NCBI GenBank assembly: GCA_964460875.1
Contig: CAYWQN010000003.1
Location: forward strand, 1 to 41,552
From: an uncultured Candidatus Saccharibacteria bacterium
GTDB lineage: Bacteria; Patescibacteriota; Minisyncoccia; Phycocordibacterales; Phycocordibacteraceae
Direction: 5' to 3'
Length of the DNA stretch: 41,552 nt
Shown: positions 7,529 through 15,982 of the stretch, piece by piece
Layout: every line of letters begins with the position of its first letter
Position numbering within the stretch: the first letter of the stretch is position 1
The notes under the pieces: model-generated
Seen by the model: the letters and a program-made list of their open reading frames with translations, nothing else
Told to the model about the DNA's origin: nothing
Databases searched by the model: none
Position numbers and translations under genes: made by a program

Positions 7529-8776
7529 ATGTCAAAGCGCGTCGTTCCTGAGATAGAGACATTCGCCCGGATTCGGGTCGTCGGCTGTGGCGGTTCCGGA
7601 TGCAATGCGGTGAACCACATGATCAACTCCAAGGTGAAGGGAGTGGAATTCATCGCGGTCAACTCCGATGCCCAGGACCTCCATCGCTCGCTCGCCAAGC
7701 GAAAGATTCACATCGGCAAGAACCTCACCCGCGGTCTCGGCACCGGCATGAACCCGGAATTGGGCCGCCGCGCTGCGGAAGAGACGCGTCAGGAAATCCA
7801 GGAAGCCCTCCAGGGCTCCGACATGGTATTCATCACCTGCGGCATGGGCGGAGGCACCGGCACCGGTTCGTCCGCAGTCGTCGCAAAGATTGCAAAAGAA
7901 GTCGGCGCCTTGACGGTGGCGGTGGTCACTCGACCGTTCTCGTTCGAAGGCGCGCAGCGCTCGGAAATCGCTGAGCGCGGCCTCGCCGACCTCAAGAAGG
8001 AAGTGGACGCGTACCTCATCATCCCAAACGACAAACTCCTCTCCATCGTCGAGCCGGGAACTTCCGCGAAGGCGGCGTTCGCGTTCGCCGACGAAATTCT
8101 CCGCCAGGCAGTGGAAGGCGTCTCCGACATCATCACGACCCCGGGCGAAATCAACACCGACTTCAACGATATCAAGGCGGTCGTCGAAGGCGCCGGCCCC
8201 GCCCTCATGGGTATCGGCATCGCGGAAGGCGACAATCGCGCGCGCGACGCCGCTGCCGCTGCCGTCAACTCCCCGCTCTTGGACGTTTCCATCAATGGCG
8301 CGCACGGCGTCTTGTTCGTGGTCGCAGGCTCGGAAGACCTCGGAATCCTCGAAGTGCAGGAGGCAGCGAAGGTCATCGGCGAATCAGTCGACAAGGATGC
8401 CAAGGTCATCTTCGGTATCATGCGCGACGAGAAGCTCAAGAAGGGCCAGATTCGCATCATCGTCATCGCGACCGGCTTCCCGGAGAATACCCTTACCGGA
8501 GGCACCGCCATGCCATCAGCCCGCCCCGCCCCCATCGAGCGGAACCTTTTCCAGATGCCTTCCAAGGACCAGGAAGAGGCTCGCGGCAAGATTTATAACG
8601 ATATGAAGGCGCCGACGCCTGCGGTAGAAGAGGAGAAGAAGGAGCGCCCGGAGCCCATCGTCACGGCAAGGAGCGAGAAGCGCGACGAGCCCCAGGCGCC
8701 CGTAAAGCCGGTCGTCGAGGACGACGACAGCTGGGGCGGCGCCATCCCGTCCTTCCTGAGACGAAATAAGAAGTAA
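7529..8776 (+). CDS. ftsZ: Cell division GTPase FtsZ
   Basis: GCGGSGCNAVNHMI and the tubulin signature GMGGGTGTGSSAVVAKIAKE. Start at MSKRVV (ATG 7529). Confidence 0.95.
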   Translation: MSKRVVPEIETFARIRVVGCGGSGCNAVNHMINSKVKGVEFIAVNSDAQDLHRSLAKRKIHIGKNLTRGLGTGMNPELGRRAAEETRQEIQEALQGSDMVFITCGMGGGTGTGSSAVVAKIAKEVGALTVAVVTRPFSFEGAQRSEIAERGLADLKKEVDAYLIIPNDKLLSIVEPGTSAKAAFAFADEILRQAVEGVSDIITTPGEINTDFNDIKAVVEGAGPALMGIGIAEGDNRARDAAAAAVNSPLLDVSINGAHGVLFVVAGSEDLGILEVQEAAKVIGESVDKDAKVIFGIMRDEKLKKGQIRIIVIATGFPENTLTGGTAMPSARPAPIERNLFQMPSKDQEEARGKIYNDMKAPTPAVEEEKKERPEPIVTARSEKRDEPQAPVKPVVEDDDSWGGAIPSFLRRNKK

Positions 8777-8795
8777 TCGACTCCGCAGAAAAAGT

Positions 8796-8826
8796 TCAGC
8801 CCGGCATCCATTGGATACCGGGCTGA
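8796..8826. terminator. Hairpin TCAGCCCGG…CCGGGCTGA between convergent ftsZ and the 8848..9201 gene
   Basis: 9-bp stem, 13-nt loop, no clear U-tract. Confidence 0.5.
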
Positions 8827-8847
8827 CGCTTTCGCGAACTGTTGCCG

Positions 8848-9201
8848 TCACTCGTTCGGCAAGTCTTTCAGTTTATGCAGGTCCCATCCTGCTGCTCCCA
8901 ACATGCTCTTCAGTTCTTCGAGGCGAACCTTGCCGAAATTAGGAATGCGGAGCAGGGCTTCGTCCGTTTTAGCATACGGCGTGTTCTTCAAGTACTCCCC
9001 GAGATCCGCGAACGTGAAGATGTTCGTGTTTTTCAGGCAGTTGAAGAGCCGAGCGCTCATATGCGGGAAGACGTCGGCCAACACGGAATCAGCCGGCAGA
9101 GTGGGGTCTGCATGGAGGAGTGAATAGAACTTCCAGTAGTCATCTTTTGAGAGCGTCGTTTGAAGGAATTCAAGGGCGCTTTTGTTCAGGGCTAACGACA
9201 T
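8848..9201 (-). CDS. Stand-alone RNA polymerase alpha-subunit C-terminal-domain-like (HhH) protein
   Basis: MSARLFNCLKNTNIFTFADL…LLRIPNFGKVRLEELKSMLGAAGWDL aligns by eye with E. coli RpoA CTD ([20 protein letters not shown]…[26 protein letters not shown]). GGAGGT SD upstream. Confidence 0.65.
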   Translation of the reverse strand: MSLALNKSALEFLQTTLSKDDYWKFYSLLHADPTLPADSVLADVFPHMSARLFNCLKNTNIFTFADLGEYLKNTPYAKTDEALLRIPNFGKVRLEELKSMLGAAGWDLHKLKDLPNE

Positions 9202-9304
9202 TTAGTACCTCCGCAGGGACCTTACCATGCCACACGCGTAGCGCAACGAGGCGAGACTCCGTTCGTTTTCATGCTGGGATGCTTCGCTGTATACTGTGCG
9301 AACT

Positions 9305-10228
9305 ATGAACGACCTCATCATCATCGGCGGCGGGCCCGCAGGAGTAGCCGCAGGAGTCTATGCTGCACGTAAGCACTTGAAGTCTGTGCTTATCGCCGAG
9401 GAGATCGGGGGGCAATCCACGGTCTCCGAAGGCATCCAGAACTGGATAGGTACCGTGAACATTTCAGGCGCGGACCTGGCCAAGTCCCTTAAGGAGCACG
9501 TGGAGGCATACAAGGCCGACAAGCTCGAGCTGGCCATCGGCGACCGCGTCGCGAAATTAGAGCAGGTAGACGGGGGATTCAAAGCTACGACTACGGGAGG
9601 GAAGTCGTATGAAGCAAAAGCCGTGCTCATCGCTTCAGGGGCGACGCGACGTCGTCTTCAGGTGCCCGGCGCTGACGAATTCGAACATAAGGGCGTCACC
9701 TACTGCGCTTCCTGCGACGGCCCCTTGTTCGAGGGGCAAGATGTCGTGGTCATCGGCGGCGGGAACGCGGGCTTTGAAACAGCGGCCCAGCTTCTCGCCT
9801 ATGCTAAGTCCGTCACGCTCCTCCACCGCCGCCATCACTTCAAGGCGGACGCCATCACGGTTGAGAAAGTACTCGCCCATCCGAACATGACGGCGCTTCC
9901 CCACACGGCGCCGGTTGAAGTAAAAGGCGACAAGTTCGTGAAGAGCCTCGTCATCGAAGACCTCGATACCAAAGAGCAGCGCGAGCTTGCGGTCACCGGC
10001 ATATTCGTAGAAGTCGGCGTCATGCCGAACACCGACTACGCCAAAGACCTCGTGCAGCTCGACGAGGTCAACCGCGTTATAACCGATCCGAGGAACCAGC
10101 ACACGTCGGTCGAAGGCATCTGGGCGGCGGGCGACTGCACCGACGAGCTCTACCACCAGAACAACATCGCCGCAGGCGACGCCGTGAAGGCCCTCGAAGA
10201 TATCTACCAGTGGGTTAAGACCCGGTAA
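9305..10228 (+). CDS. trxB: Thioredoxin-disulfide reductase
   Basis: IIIGGGPAGVAAGVYAARK (FAD), redox CASC in YCASCDG, VVVIGGGNAGFETA and HRRHHFKA (NADPH). Track start GTG 9296 abuts the -10 box, so ATG 9305 is preferred. Confidence 0.88.
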   Translation: MNDLIIIGGGPAGVAAGVYAARKHLKSVLIAEEIGGQSTVSEGIQNWIGTVNISGADLAKSLKEHVEAYKADKLELAIGDRVAKLEQVDGGFKATTTGGKSYEAKAVLIASGATRRRLQVPGADEFEHKGVTYCASCDGPLFEGQDVVVIGGGNAGFETAAQLLAYAKSVTLLHRRHHFKADAITVEKVLAHPNMTALPHTAPVEVKGDKFVKSLVIEDLDTKEQRELAVTGIFVEVGVMPNTDYAKDLVQLDEVNRVITDPRNQHTSVEGIWAAGDCTDELYHQNNIAAGDAVKALEDIYQWVKTR

Positions 10229-10688
10229 GCTCGCGTTTCCGTATCTTCTTCACCGAGTCCTCGAATGCGACCAGCGCATCCATAAGGCGCTTCAAGGACT
10301 GCTGATATAGGAAGAACGCCGGGTACTCTGCCTCGAGGAGGCCTGGATTCCGCCTCAGGCTCGGGTCGACGCCGTAGAGCTCGAACATGGCTTTCTCATG
10401 TTCTTCGATGTCCCGCTCGAACACAATGCTCTCGTCTGCCTTTAATGAGAGACTCTCTTTGCTTGCATCCTTGCCTCCCTCGTTCTTGAAGCGTTTATAT
10501 ATCTCTTCTAGAGAATCTCCGCGCTCTTCAAGTCTTTTACGAAATTCCGGAGGGCTTGCTACGGTGAGGCGGGCATACGCGGCATATACCTGATCATAGG
10601 CCTCATGTACGGTCTCAAGACGCGCCCCAGCCGCCAGTACAGGATCTTCTGGCTTCCTGAACGTGAACCAGTGCTTTCCTTCGGCCAT
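10215..10688 (-). CDS. Hypothetical protein (157 aa), last gene of the purF-prs operon
   Basis: ATG lies 2 nt after the prs stop. No recognisable domain. Its 3' end overlaps trxB by 14 nt (convergent). Confidence 0.55.
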   Translation of the reverse strand: MAEGKHWFTFRKPEDPVLAAGARLETVHEAYDQVYAAYARLTVASPPEFRKRLEERGDSLEEIYKRFKNEGGKDASKESLSLKADESIVFERDIEEHEKAMFELYGVDPSLRRNPGLLEAEYPAFFLYQQSLKRLMDALVAFEDSVKKIRKRELTGS

Positions 10689-10690
10689 GG

Positions 10691-11656
10691 CTAGGAAATA
10701 AGCGTCGAAAGGGATTCGCCGTCGTGCGTGCGCTTTATGGCGTCGGCCAATAGGGAAGCCACGCTGATGATTTCTACCTTTGCTGCCGCAAGCTCTTCCG
10801 GGTCATGGTAGATGGAGTCAGTGGTGAAGACGCGGTCCACGACGCTTCCTTTAAATTTCTCCAAGGCGCCGCCCGAGAAGAGTCCGTGGGTCGCGAAGGC
10901 CCACACTTCGGCTGCGCCTTCGGCCTTTGCGGCCGCAGCGTCCGCGATGATGGTCCCGCCGCTGTCGATCATGTCGTCCACGAGCACTACGAGCTTGCCG
11001 GATACGTCGCCGATTATTTTAATGGAATCTGACTTCACCTCGCCCGGGGCAGAGCGCTGCTTGGAGAAGAATACGAAATCGTCGTGTCCGAGCAGCGTCG
11101 CGTACTTGATGGCGCGGGCGCCGCCGCCGCGGTCGGGACTAGCGATGACGAAGTCCTTCCCGTCCAGAAGTTTTTTCAGGTAGGGGACTCCGACCGCAGA
11201 ACCGTACAGATGGTCGGTCACGGCGTTATCCACAGATGCCAATGTCTGCTCAGCATGGAGGTCGAGCATCAAAAACCGGTCCGGGTGCGCTATTTCAAGC
11301 ATCTTAAAGGCAAGGCGGGCGCCTATCGCCTTGCGAGGCGCGTCTTTGCGGTCGGCGCGGCCGTAGCCGAAGTAGGGGATGACGAGCGTGACGCGGCCGG
11401 CGGACGAAAGGCGCGCGGCTTCGGCCATATGGACGGCTTCTAGGAGGTTCTCTGCGGGCGGCTGGGTGGGCGCAACGATGAACACGTCGTTCCCGCGGAC
11501 GTTCTCGAGGATTTGAACGTCCACTTCCCCGTCCTTGAACCGCGACAATCTCGCCTCGCCGAGATGTACGCCGAGTGCTTGACTAATCTTGCTTCCGAGT
11601 TCTTTTCCAGCATTCGTCGCGAACACCTGTACTTTGCCTGCGCCGTTCGTATTCAT
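10691..11656 (-). CDS. prs: Ribose-phosphate pyrophosphokinase (PRPP synthetase)
   Basis: LVDDMIDSGGTI PRPP loop, DLHAEQ, RADRKD. Confidence 0.93.
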   Translation of the reverse strand: MNTNGAGKVQVFATNAGKELGSKISQALGVHLGEARLSRFKDGEVDVQILENVRGNDVFIVAPTQPPAENLLEAVHMAEAARLSSAGRVTLVIPYFGYGRADRKDAPRKAIGARLAFKMLEIAHPDRFLMLDLHAEQTLASVDNAVTDHLYGSAVGVPYLKKLLDGKDFVIASPDRGGGARAIKYATLLGHDDFVFFSKQRSAPGEVKSDSIKIIGDVSGKLVVLVDDMIDSGGTIIADAAAAKAEGAAEVWAFATHGLFSGGALEKFKGSVVDRVFTTDSIYHDPEELAAAKVEIISVASLLADAIKRTHDGESLSTLIS

Positions 11657-11667
11657 AGATAATTGGA

Positions 11668-12900
11668 TTATACGCCCTCCCCCGCTTTTTCAGATTTTTT
11701 TCCTGCCGGCTCCACCATCTGCCATATGAGGCCGGCAACGTTGCGCGGCTTCCCCTCAAACGGCAGATGATGATTGTCGAAGAACGGCATGCTGTTGCAT
11801 TCGATGATGCCGCAGCGCTCCTGCTCGCGCCATGACCGGCTCATGTCGCCGATGATGACATCCATGCCCACGATAGGCGCCTTTAAAACCTCGGCGACCC
11901 GTTCGAAGAGCTCGATATTGTCCGGGTGCGTCTCATCAGTGGTGTCGGCGGTAGTGCCGCCCAAACTCCAATTTACTTTCTGATGGAGCGTGACGCGCCT
12001 CCCCTTCTCCGGCACGCGTTCCGGGGTGAGATTCTGCCATTTCAACTCTATCTGCGCTTCTGGCGTCAGCGATATCTGCGAGAAATACGGGCCTTTGCGC
12101 GCCGGATTCTTGTTAGCCTCGGCGATGAGCTCCTCTATCGTGTGCTTCCCGTCGCCGATGACGTGCGGGGGGTCGCGGCGCAATGAGGCAGCGAATTTTC
12201 CATCGACGACAGTGGCCCGATACACGGGACCTACCAACTCTTCTTCGATAAGCGCGAGCGGCGCCACTATCTTCGCGCTATGGAATGCGCGGATGAGCTT
12301 CAGATCGCTGTCGATATGCAGGTTCGTGTGCCTCGATGCAGACCCTGAGTATGGCTTCACGATGGCGGGCGGCACGATGCTCGTGAATATCCGGCGTGCG
12401 CCGTGCTCGGTGAACGCCGCGCCGCCGCGCGCGACCGGGATACCGAGCGCGCGGAAGCGTTTTTTCATTTCCGCTTTATTGTCCATCCATGGCACCTGCG
12501 CGAGCCCCGCTTCCGGGAGCGGAATTCCTTCGAAGGCGAAGCGCCTCCCGTCGGGATATACGGCGAGGAAAAGATTGCGCGGGAGGTTCCAGAGGCGTAT
12601 CTCATGCATCTCTATTCCCCGCTTCCCTGCTTCTTCCCAGAGCATACGTGCCAAGAGCATCGTCTCGTCGTCGGGCGCGGAGAGCTTTGTCGCCCACCCG
12701 CGCGCGACCATGAAGTCGAAGAATCGCGGCGTCAGAAATCGTTCAAGCGCATAGAAGCCGCGCGCCAGGAGGCGTATGACAGGGCCGGGCGAGAACAAAG
12801 GCCGCAGCGTCTCGTCCATCGCCACGGTGATATAGGTGAGCCGGTGGTGTACCGGGTCGCTGCCGCACTCTTTGCACGCTGGTGCTTTCGCTAAAGCCAT
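11668..12900 (-). CDS. ATP-grasp ligase resembling the N-terminal and ATP-grasp part of cyanophycin synthetase (no Mur-ligase module)
   Basis: DNKAEMKKRFRALGIPVARG, IVKPYSGSASRH, PPHVIGDGKHTIEELIAEANKNP, NWSLGGTTADTTDETHPDN, VGMDVI…IIECNSMP follow the CphA/RimK-type ATP-grasp pattern as I recall it. Confidence 0.6.
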   Translation of the reverse strand: MALAKAPACKECGSDPVHHRLTYITVAMDETLRPLFSPGPVIRLLARGFYALERFLTPRFFDFMVARGWATKLSAPDDETMLLARMLWEEAGKRGIEMHEIRLWNLPRNLFLAVYPDGRRFAFEGIPLPEAGLAQVPWMDNKAEMKKRFRALGIPVARGGAAFTEHGARRIFTSIVPPAIVKPYSGSASRHTNLHIDSDLKLIRAFHSAKIVAPLALIEEELVGPVYRATVVDGKFAASLRRDPPHVIGDGKHTIEELIAEANKNPARKGPYFSQISLTPEAQIELKWQNLTPERVPEKGRRVTLHQKVNWSLGGTTADTTDETHPDNIELFERVAEVLKAPIVGMDVIIGDMSRSWREQERCGIIECNSMPFFDNHHLPFEGKPRNVAGLIWQMVEPAGKKSEKAGEGV

Positions 12901-12911
12901 AGAGAGGAGGG

Positions 12912-14333
12912 TTAGGCAGGATGGCTTGGTTCCGCGACACCGATGTCCGAGGGATAATTGAATTCCTCGTAGCGCTCTTTGAGGTCGATGGGATATACGC
13001 CCGTGAAAGGCGACGTGTTGAAATGGTCGGCCGGAAGACCGGTCGCCGAAAGCATGCCTTTCACCGAAAGGAAGTAGAGGCTGGTAGCGCCGAGATACCG
13101 CCGCATTTCCTCAACGGTTTTTCCGTAAGCCAGCAAGCTCGACTGTGCCGGCGTATCGATGCCATAGAAGTCCGGGAACCTGATAGGGGGCGACGATACC
13201 AGGAAGTGCACTTCCTTGGCGCCCGCCTCAAACAGAAGCTCGACGATTGGCTTGCTGGTGGTGCCGCGGACGATGGAGTCGTCGATGACGATGACGCGCT
13301 TTCCTTTCAATACGCCGGGAATGGGCGTCAATTTCATCTTCACGCTCTTGTCGCGGAGCTTCTGGTCCGGCTGGATGAACGTGCGCTGGATATAGCGATT
13401 CTTGTTGAGCCCCATCTCATACGGGATGCCGGACTGCTCGGCATACCCCAAAGCGCACGGCAGGCTCGTTTCCGGAACGCCGATGACGACGTCGGCATCA
13501 AGCGGATATTCGCGCGCAAGCGTCTTGCCGAAATTCTTGCGCACGTCATACACGGACTTGCCCATCAAGATGCTGTCGTGGCGCGCGAAATAGATGAACT
13601 CGAATATATCGAGTTTCGGATCCGGCGACGCGACCTGTCTCGACGATATGCCCGCCTCGTCGATGATGACCATCTCTCCCGGCTCGATGTCGCGCTCGAA
13701 TGTTGCGTCAATGGTGCTGAACGCGCAGGTCTCCGAGGATACGACGAAGCCGCCATTCTGGCGGCCGAGCGACAAGGGGCGTATGCCCTTCTGGTCGCGC
13801 GCAGCGACCATCTGAGTCTTGGTCATCGCGATGATGGAGAATGCGCCGGTAAACAATGGGTAGGCTGCCTCGACCGCGTCAGGAAGATTCTTCCCTTGCT
13901 GCATGTACCAGGCGACCGCATGCGCCATGAGGCAGGAGTCGGACAGGCCCTCTATCGCCACGCCTTTGTCAGAAAGGAAATCTTCGAGCGCCCTGGTCGA
14001 AGGGAGATTGCCGTTATGCACGAACGCGAGCGTGTCGTTTCCGACAATCATCGGCTGCACATGCTCGGTGCCAGAACCTTTCGAGGTCGAGTATCGGTTG
14101 TGTCCGATAGCGATGTGGCCGGTAAGCCCGAGTATCGCTTCCTCGGTAAAGACCTGCGCGACGAGCCCGTGATTCTTGTGCGAGCGGATAGTAGTGCCGT
14201 CTGAAACCGCGATGCCCGAGCCTTCCTGGCCGCGGTGCTGGAGCGCGAACAGGCCGAAGAAGGTGAGGCGCGCGACATCCAAGCCCTTGCCGTAGATGCC
14301 GAATACCGCGCACTTCTCGTTCAGTGCCTCCAT
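12912..14333 (-). CDS. purF: Amidophosphoribosyltransferase
   Basis: N-terminal nucleophile CAVFGIYG after a short propeptide, RGQEGSGIAV, VIVIDDSIVRGTT. Track start 14387 is TTG inside a + strand -35 hexamer, so ATG 14333 (MEALNEKC) is preferred. Confidence 0.92.
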   Translation of the reverse strand: MEALNEKCAVFGIYGKGLDVARLTFFGLFALQHRGQEGSGIAVSDGTTIRSHKNHGLVAQVFTEEAILGLTGHIAIGHNRYSTSKGSGTEHVQPMIVGNDTLAFVHNGNLPSTRALEDFLSDKGVAIEGLSDSCLMAHAVAWYMQQGKNLPDAVEAAYPLFTGAFSIIAMTKTQMVAARDQKGIRPLSLGRQNGGFVVSSETCAFSTIDATFERDIEPGEMVIIDEAGISSRQVASPDPKLDIFEFIYFARHDSILMGKSVYDVRKNFGKTLAREYPLDADVVIGVPETSLPCALGYAEQSGIPYEMGLNKNRYIQRTFIQPDQKLRDKSVKMKLTPIPGVLKGKRVIVIDDSIVRGTTSKPIVELLFEAGAKEVHFLVSSPPIRFPDFYGIDTPAQSSLLAYGKTVEEMRRYLGATSLYFLSVKGMLSATGLPADHFNTSPFTGVYPIDLKERYEEFNYPSDIGVAEPSHPA

Positions 14334-14380
14334 GATTTCCCTATCGTACCACGCGTGATTTTGCTTCTTTTGCACAATAT

Positions 14381-14409
14381 TTGACAAGTGTAAGAAAAAT
14401 AGGTATTAC
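14381..14409 (+). promoter_or_regulatory. Sigma70-type promoter TTGACA-17-TATTAC for the 14464 gene
   Basis: Hexamers at 14381-14386 and 14404-14409. GAGGAGAAG SD precedes ATG 14464. Confidence 0.55.
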
Positions 14410-14463
14410 GAATACGGACGGTTCTAGAAAGCCGTCTTCCCTTTTTACCTGAGGAGAAGATAC

Positions 14464-15078
14464 ATGACCCAATTGGTCGGAAGCCCGGCAGCTGTTGCCG
14501 AGCTCCTCCTGAAAGACCCGCTGCTTATCCGCGTGCTCTACGAGCGCCGGCGAAGTGCCGAAGACGAAGACGGACTTGCGGATGTCTTTGTCTTTGAGGG
14601 CATCTGGGCCGGTACGGCGTCCGACGCGCAGGATCGTCTCCTGTACGTTTCGACGCGCGAAGCGGATATCCAGATCGGTCAGGTCGATTCGGTCGACAAG
14701 AAGCACTTGGACGGCGCGACCCGCGAAGAGCAGGTCGCTTCGGTGGTGAATGAATGGCGACGCCGCCACCTGGCGGAGCCGAAGCATGGATGGGATCGCT
14801 GGCTTGATGCGGTTCCGTTCGTCGCGGTCGTGAAAGGCCCGTACCTCGACCCCGTCGTGGTATCGGCTGATCATCCGCTCATCGCCGCCGGCCTCGCCAC
14901 CATGGCTGAACGGTTCGCGAATCAATCGCCTCAACTCAAAGTGGCGTGCGACGTGAGTCCCGAAGGCGCATGCGAGATGGAGCTCGACTTCAACCGCTTC
15001 ATGCATGCCTACAGCGCCTTTCAGGGAGAGCAGCTGGAGAAGATCTTCTCCGCCTTCCTGCACGATCAGGCCTCGTAG
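14464..15078 (+). CDS. Hypothetical protein (204 aa)
   Basis: Strong SD, own promoter and own terminator. The antisense ORF 14341..15063 is Arg-rich and looks like a shadow ORF. Confidence 0.6.
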   Translation: MTQLVGSPAAVAELLLKDPLLIRVLYERRRSAEDEDGLADVFVFEGIWAGTASDAQDRLLYVSTREADIQIGQVDSVDKKHLDGATREEQVASVVNEWRRRHLAEPKHGWDRWLDAVPFVAVVKGPYLDPVVVSADHPLIAAGLATMAERFANQSPQLKVACDVSPEGACEMELDFNRFMHAYSAFQGEQLEKIFSAFLHDQAS

Positions 15079-15112
15079 CGCTTCAACGCCGTTGATTAGG
15101 AGGAATCACTTG

Positions 15113-15145
15113 GGCCGGACAGAACTGTCCGGCCTTATTCTTTTT
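15113..15145 (+). terminator. Rho-independent terminator GGCCGGACAG-AA-CTGTCCGGCC + TTATTCTTTTT
   Basis: 10-nt inverted repeat plus U-tract. Confidence 0.85.
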
Positions 15146-15166
15146 CAAACGAACGACCAAATTGTG

Positions 15167-15436
15167 TCAGCGCTTTTTCGGAACGTCCTTCCAATGCCAC
15201 CACTTTAGTTTTTCCGGATTCCTGCCGCCTTCGGCGTAGTAGACGGCGCACCGGAACGTATATAAAAGGCACCGGTCCTCAATGCGTCCCACCCGTTTAT
15301 TGTGTTTAGCATAGAGCTTCTCCGGGTCCTTCCCTTTGAGGCAGCTCGGGCGGTCGATGCCGATGAGACGCAAATCTTCCGCGATTGATTTTCCTACGCC
15401 GGGAATAGAAGTGAGAGAACGGTCATCTTTTTTCAT
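15167..15436 (-). CDS. Helix-hairpin-helix protein of the Cdd1 / pathogenicity-locus (mitomycin-resistance-like) type (89 aa)
   Basis: LTSIPGVGKSIAEDLRLIGI HhH motif and the conserved LYAKHNKRVGRIEDRCLLYTF pattern. Only the C-terminal part of ORF 15167..15814 looks coding. ATG 15436. Confidence 0.6.
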   Translation of the reverse strand: MKKDDRSLTSIPGVGKSIAEDLRLIGIDRPSCLKGKDPEKLYAKHNKRVGRIEDRCLLYTFRCAVYYAEGGRNPEKLKWWHWKDVPKKR

Positions 15437-15442
15437 ACCGGT

Positions 15443-15450
15443 AGTATACT
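15443..15450. promoter_or_regulatory. Palindromic -10 element AGTATACT shared by two divergent genes
   Basis: It reads TATACT on both strands: 7 nt before ATG 15458 (+) and 6 nt before ATG 15436 (-). The intergenic spacer is only 21 bp. Confidence 0.5.
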
Positions 15451-15457
15451 CTCGCGT

Positions 15458-15916
15458 ATGAAACGCCATTGGCTCATAAAGAGCGAGCCGGAAACGTACG
15501 GCATCGACCACCTGGCGCGCGATAAGAAGACGGCGTGGGAGGGTGTGCGCAATTTCCTCGCGAGAAACTATATGCGCGATCAGATGCACATCGGCGATAC
15601 GGTCCTTTTCTACCACTCGAGCTGCAAGGTGCCGGGCATATACGGCCTGGCGAAGGTCGCATCCGCGCCCTACCCTGACGCGTCCCAGTACGATAAAAAA
15701 GGCCATTACTTCGAACCGCGGGCGACCAAGGAAAAGCCGGTCTGGCAGCTCGTCGACATCGCGTTCGTCAGAAAGTTCCCGGAACCGGTGACGCTCCCGA
15801 TGCTGCGCGCGCAAAAGAAGCTCGGCCGCATGGCGCTCCTGCAGCCAGGGAGCAGGCTCTCTATAACGCCGGTGACCGAAGCGGAGTTCGGCGTCATAGA
15901 ATCGCTCATATCATAG
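15458..15916 (+). CDS. EVE (PUA-like, DUF55/THYN1-type) domain protein
   Basis: WLIKSEPETY…WEGVRNFLARNYMRDQMHIGDTVLFYHS…YGLAKVASAPYPD matches the EVE domain pattern. Confidence 0.8.
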   Translation: MKRHWLIKSEPETYGIDHLARDKKTAWEGVRNFLARNYMRDQMHIGDTVLFYHSSCKVPGIYGLAKVASAPYPDASQYDKKGHYFEPRATKEKPVWQLVDIAFVRKFPEPVTLPMLRAQKKLGRMALLQPGSRLSITPVTEAEFGVIESLIS

Positions 15917-15924
15917 GACGCAAT

Positions 15925-15958
15925 AAGCCCGCCAGAGGTCCGAAGACATGGCGGGCTT
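15925..15958. terminator. Hairpin AAGCCCGCC…GGCGGGCTT between convergent genes
   Basis: 9-bp stem, 16-nt loop, no strong U-tract. Confidence 0.5.
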
Positions 15959-15982
15959 GGGGTTAGTCGCTGGGCGTACTGC

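Noticed and set aside
12921-14204. Long antisense ORFs opposite well-supported genes. Examples are 12921..14204(+) opposite purF, 36719..38035(-) opposite valS, 29273..30319(-) opposite ahcY, 21439..22473(+) opposite the M1 peptidase, and 7532..8305(-) opposite ftsZ.
   Set aside because: These are typical shadow ORFs of a high-GC genome. They are Arg/Ala/Gly/His-rich with no motifs, while the opposite strand carries clear family signatures.
14341-15063. 240-aa minus-strand ORF overlapping the 14464..15078 gene.
   Set aside because: It has an Arg-rich, low-complexity composition and would overlap the purF start. The + strand ORF has a promoter, SD and terminator.
15437-15814. Long form (215 aa) of the minus-strand ORF 15167..15814.
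   Set aside because: The upstream 126 codons are antisense to the well-supported EVE gene and are Arg-rich. Only the last 89 codons show the HhH/Cdd1 pattern.
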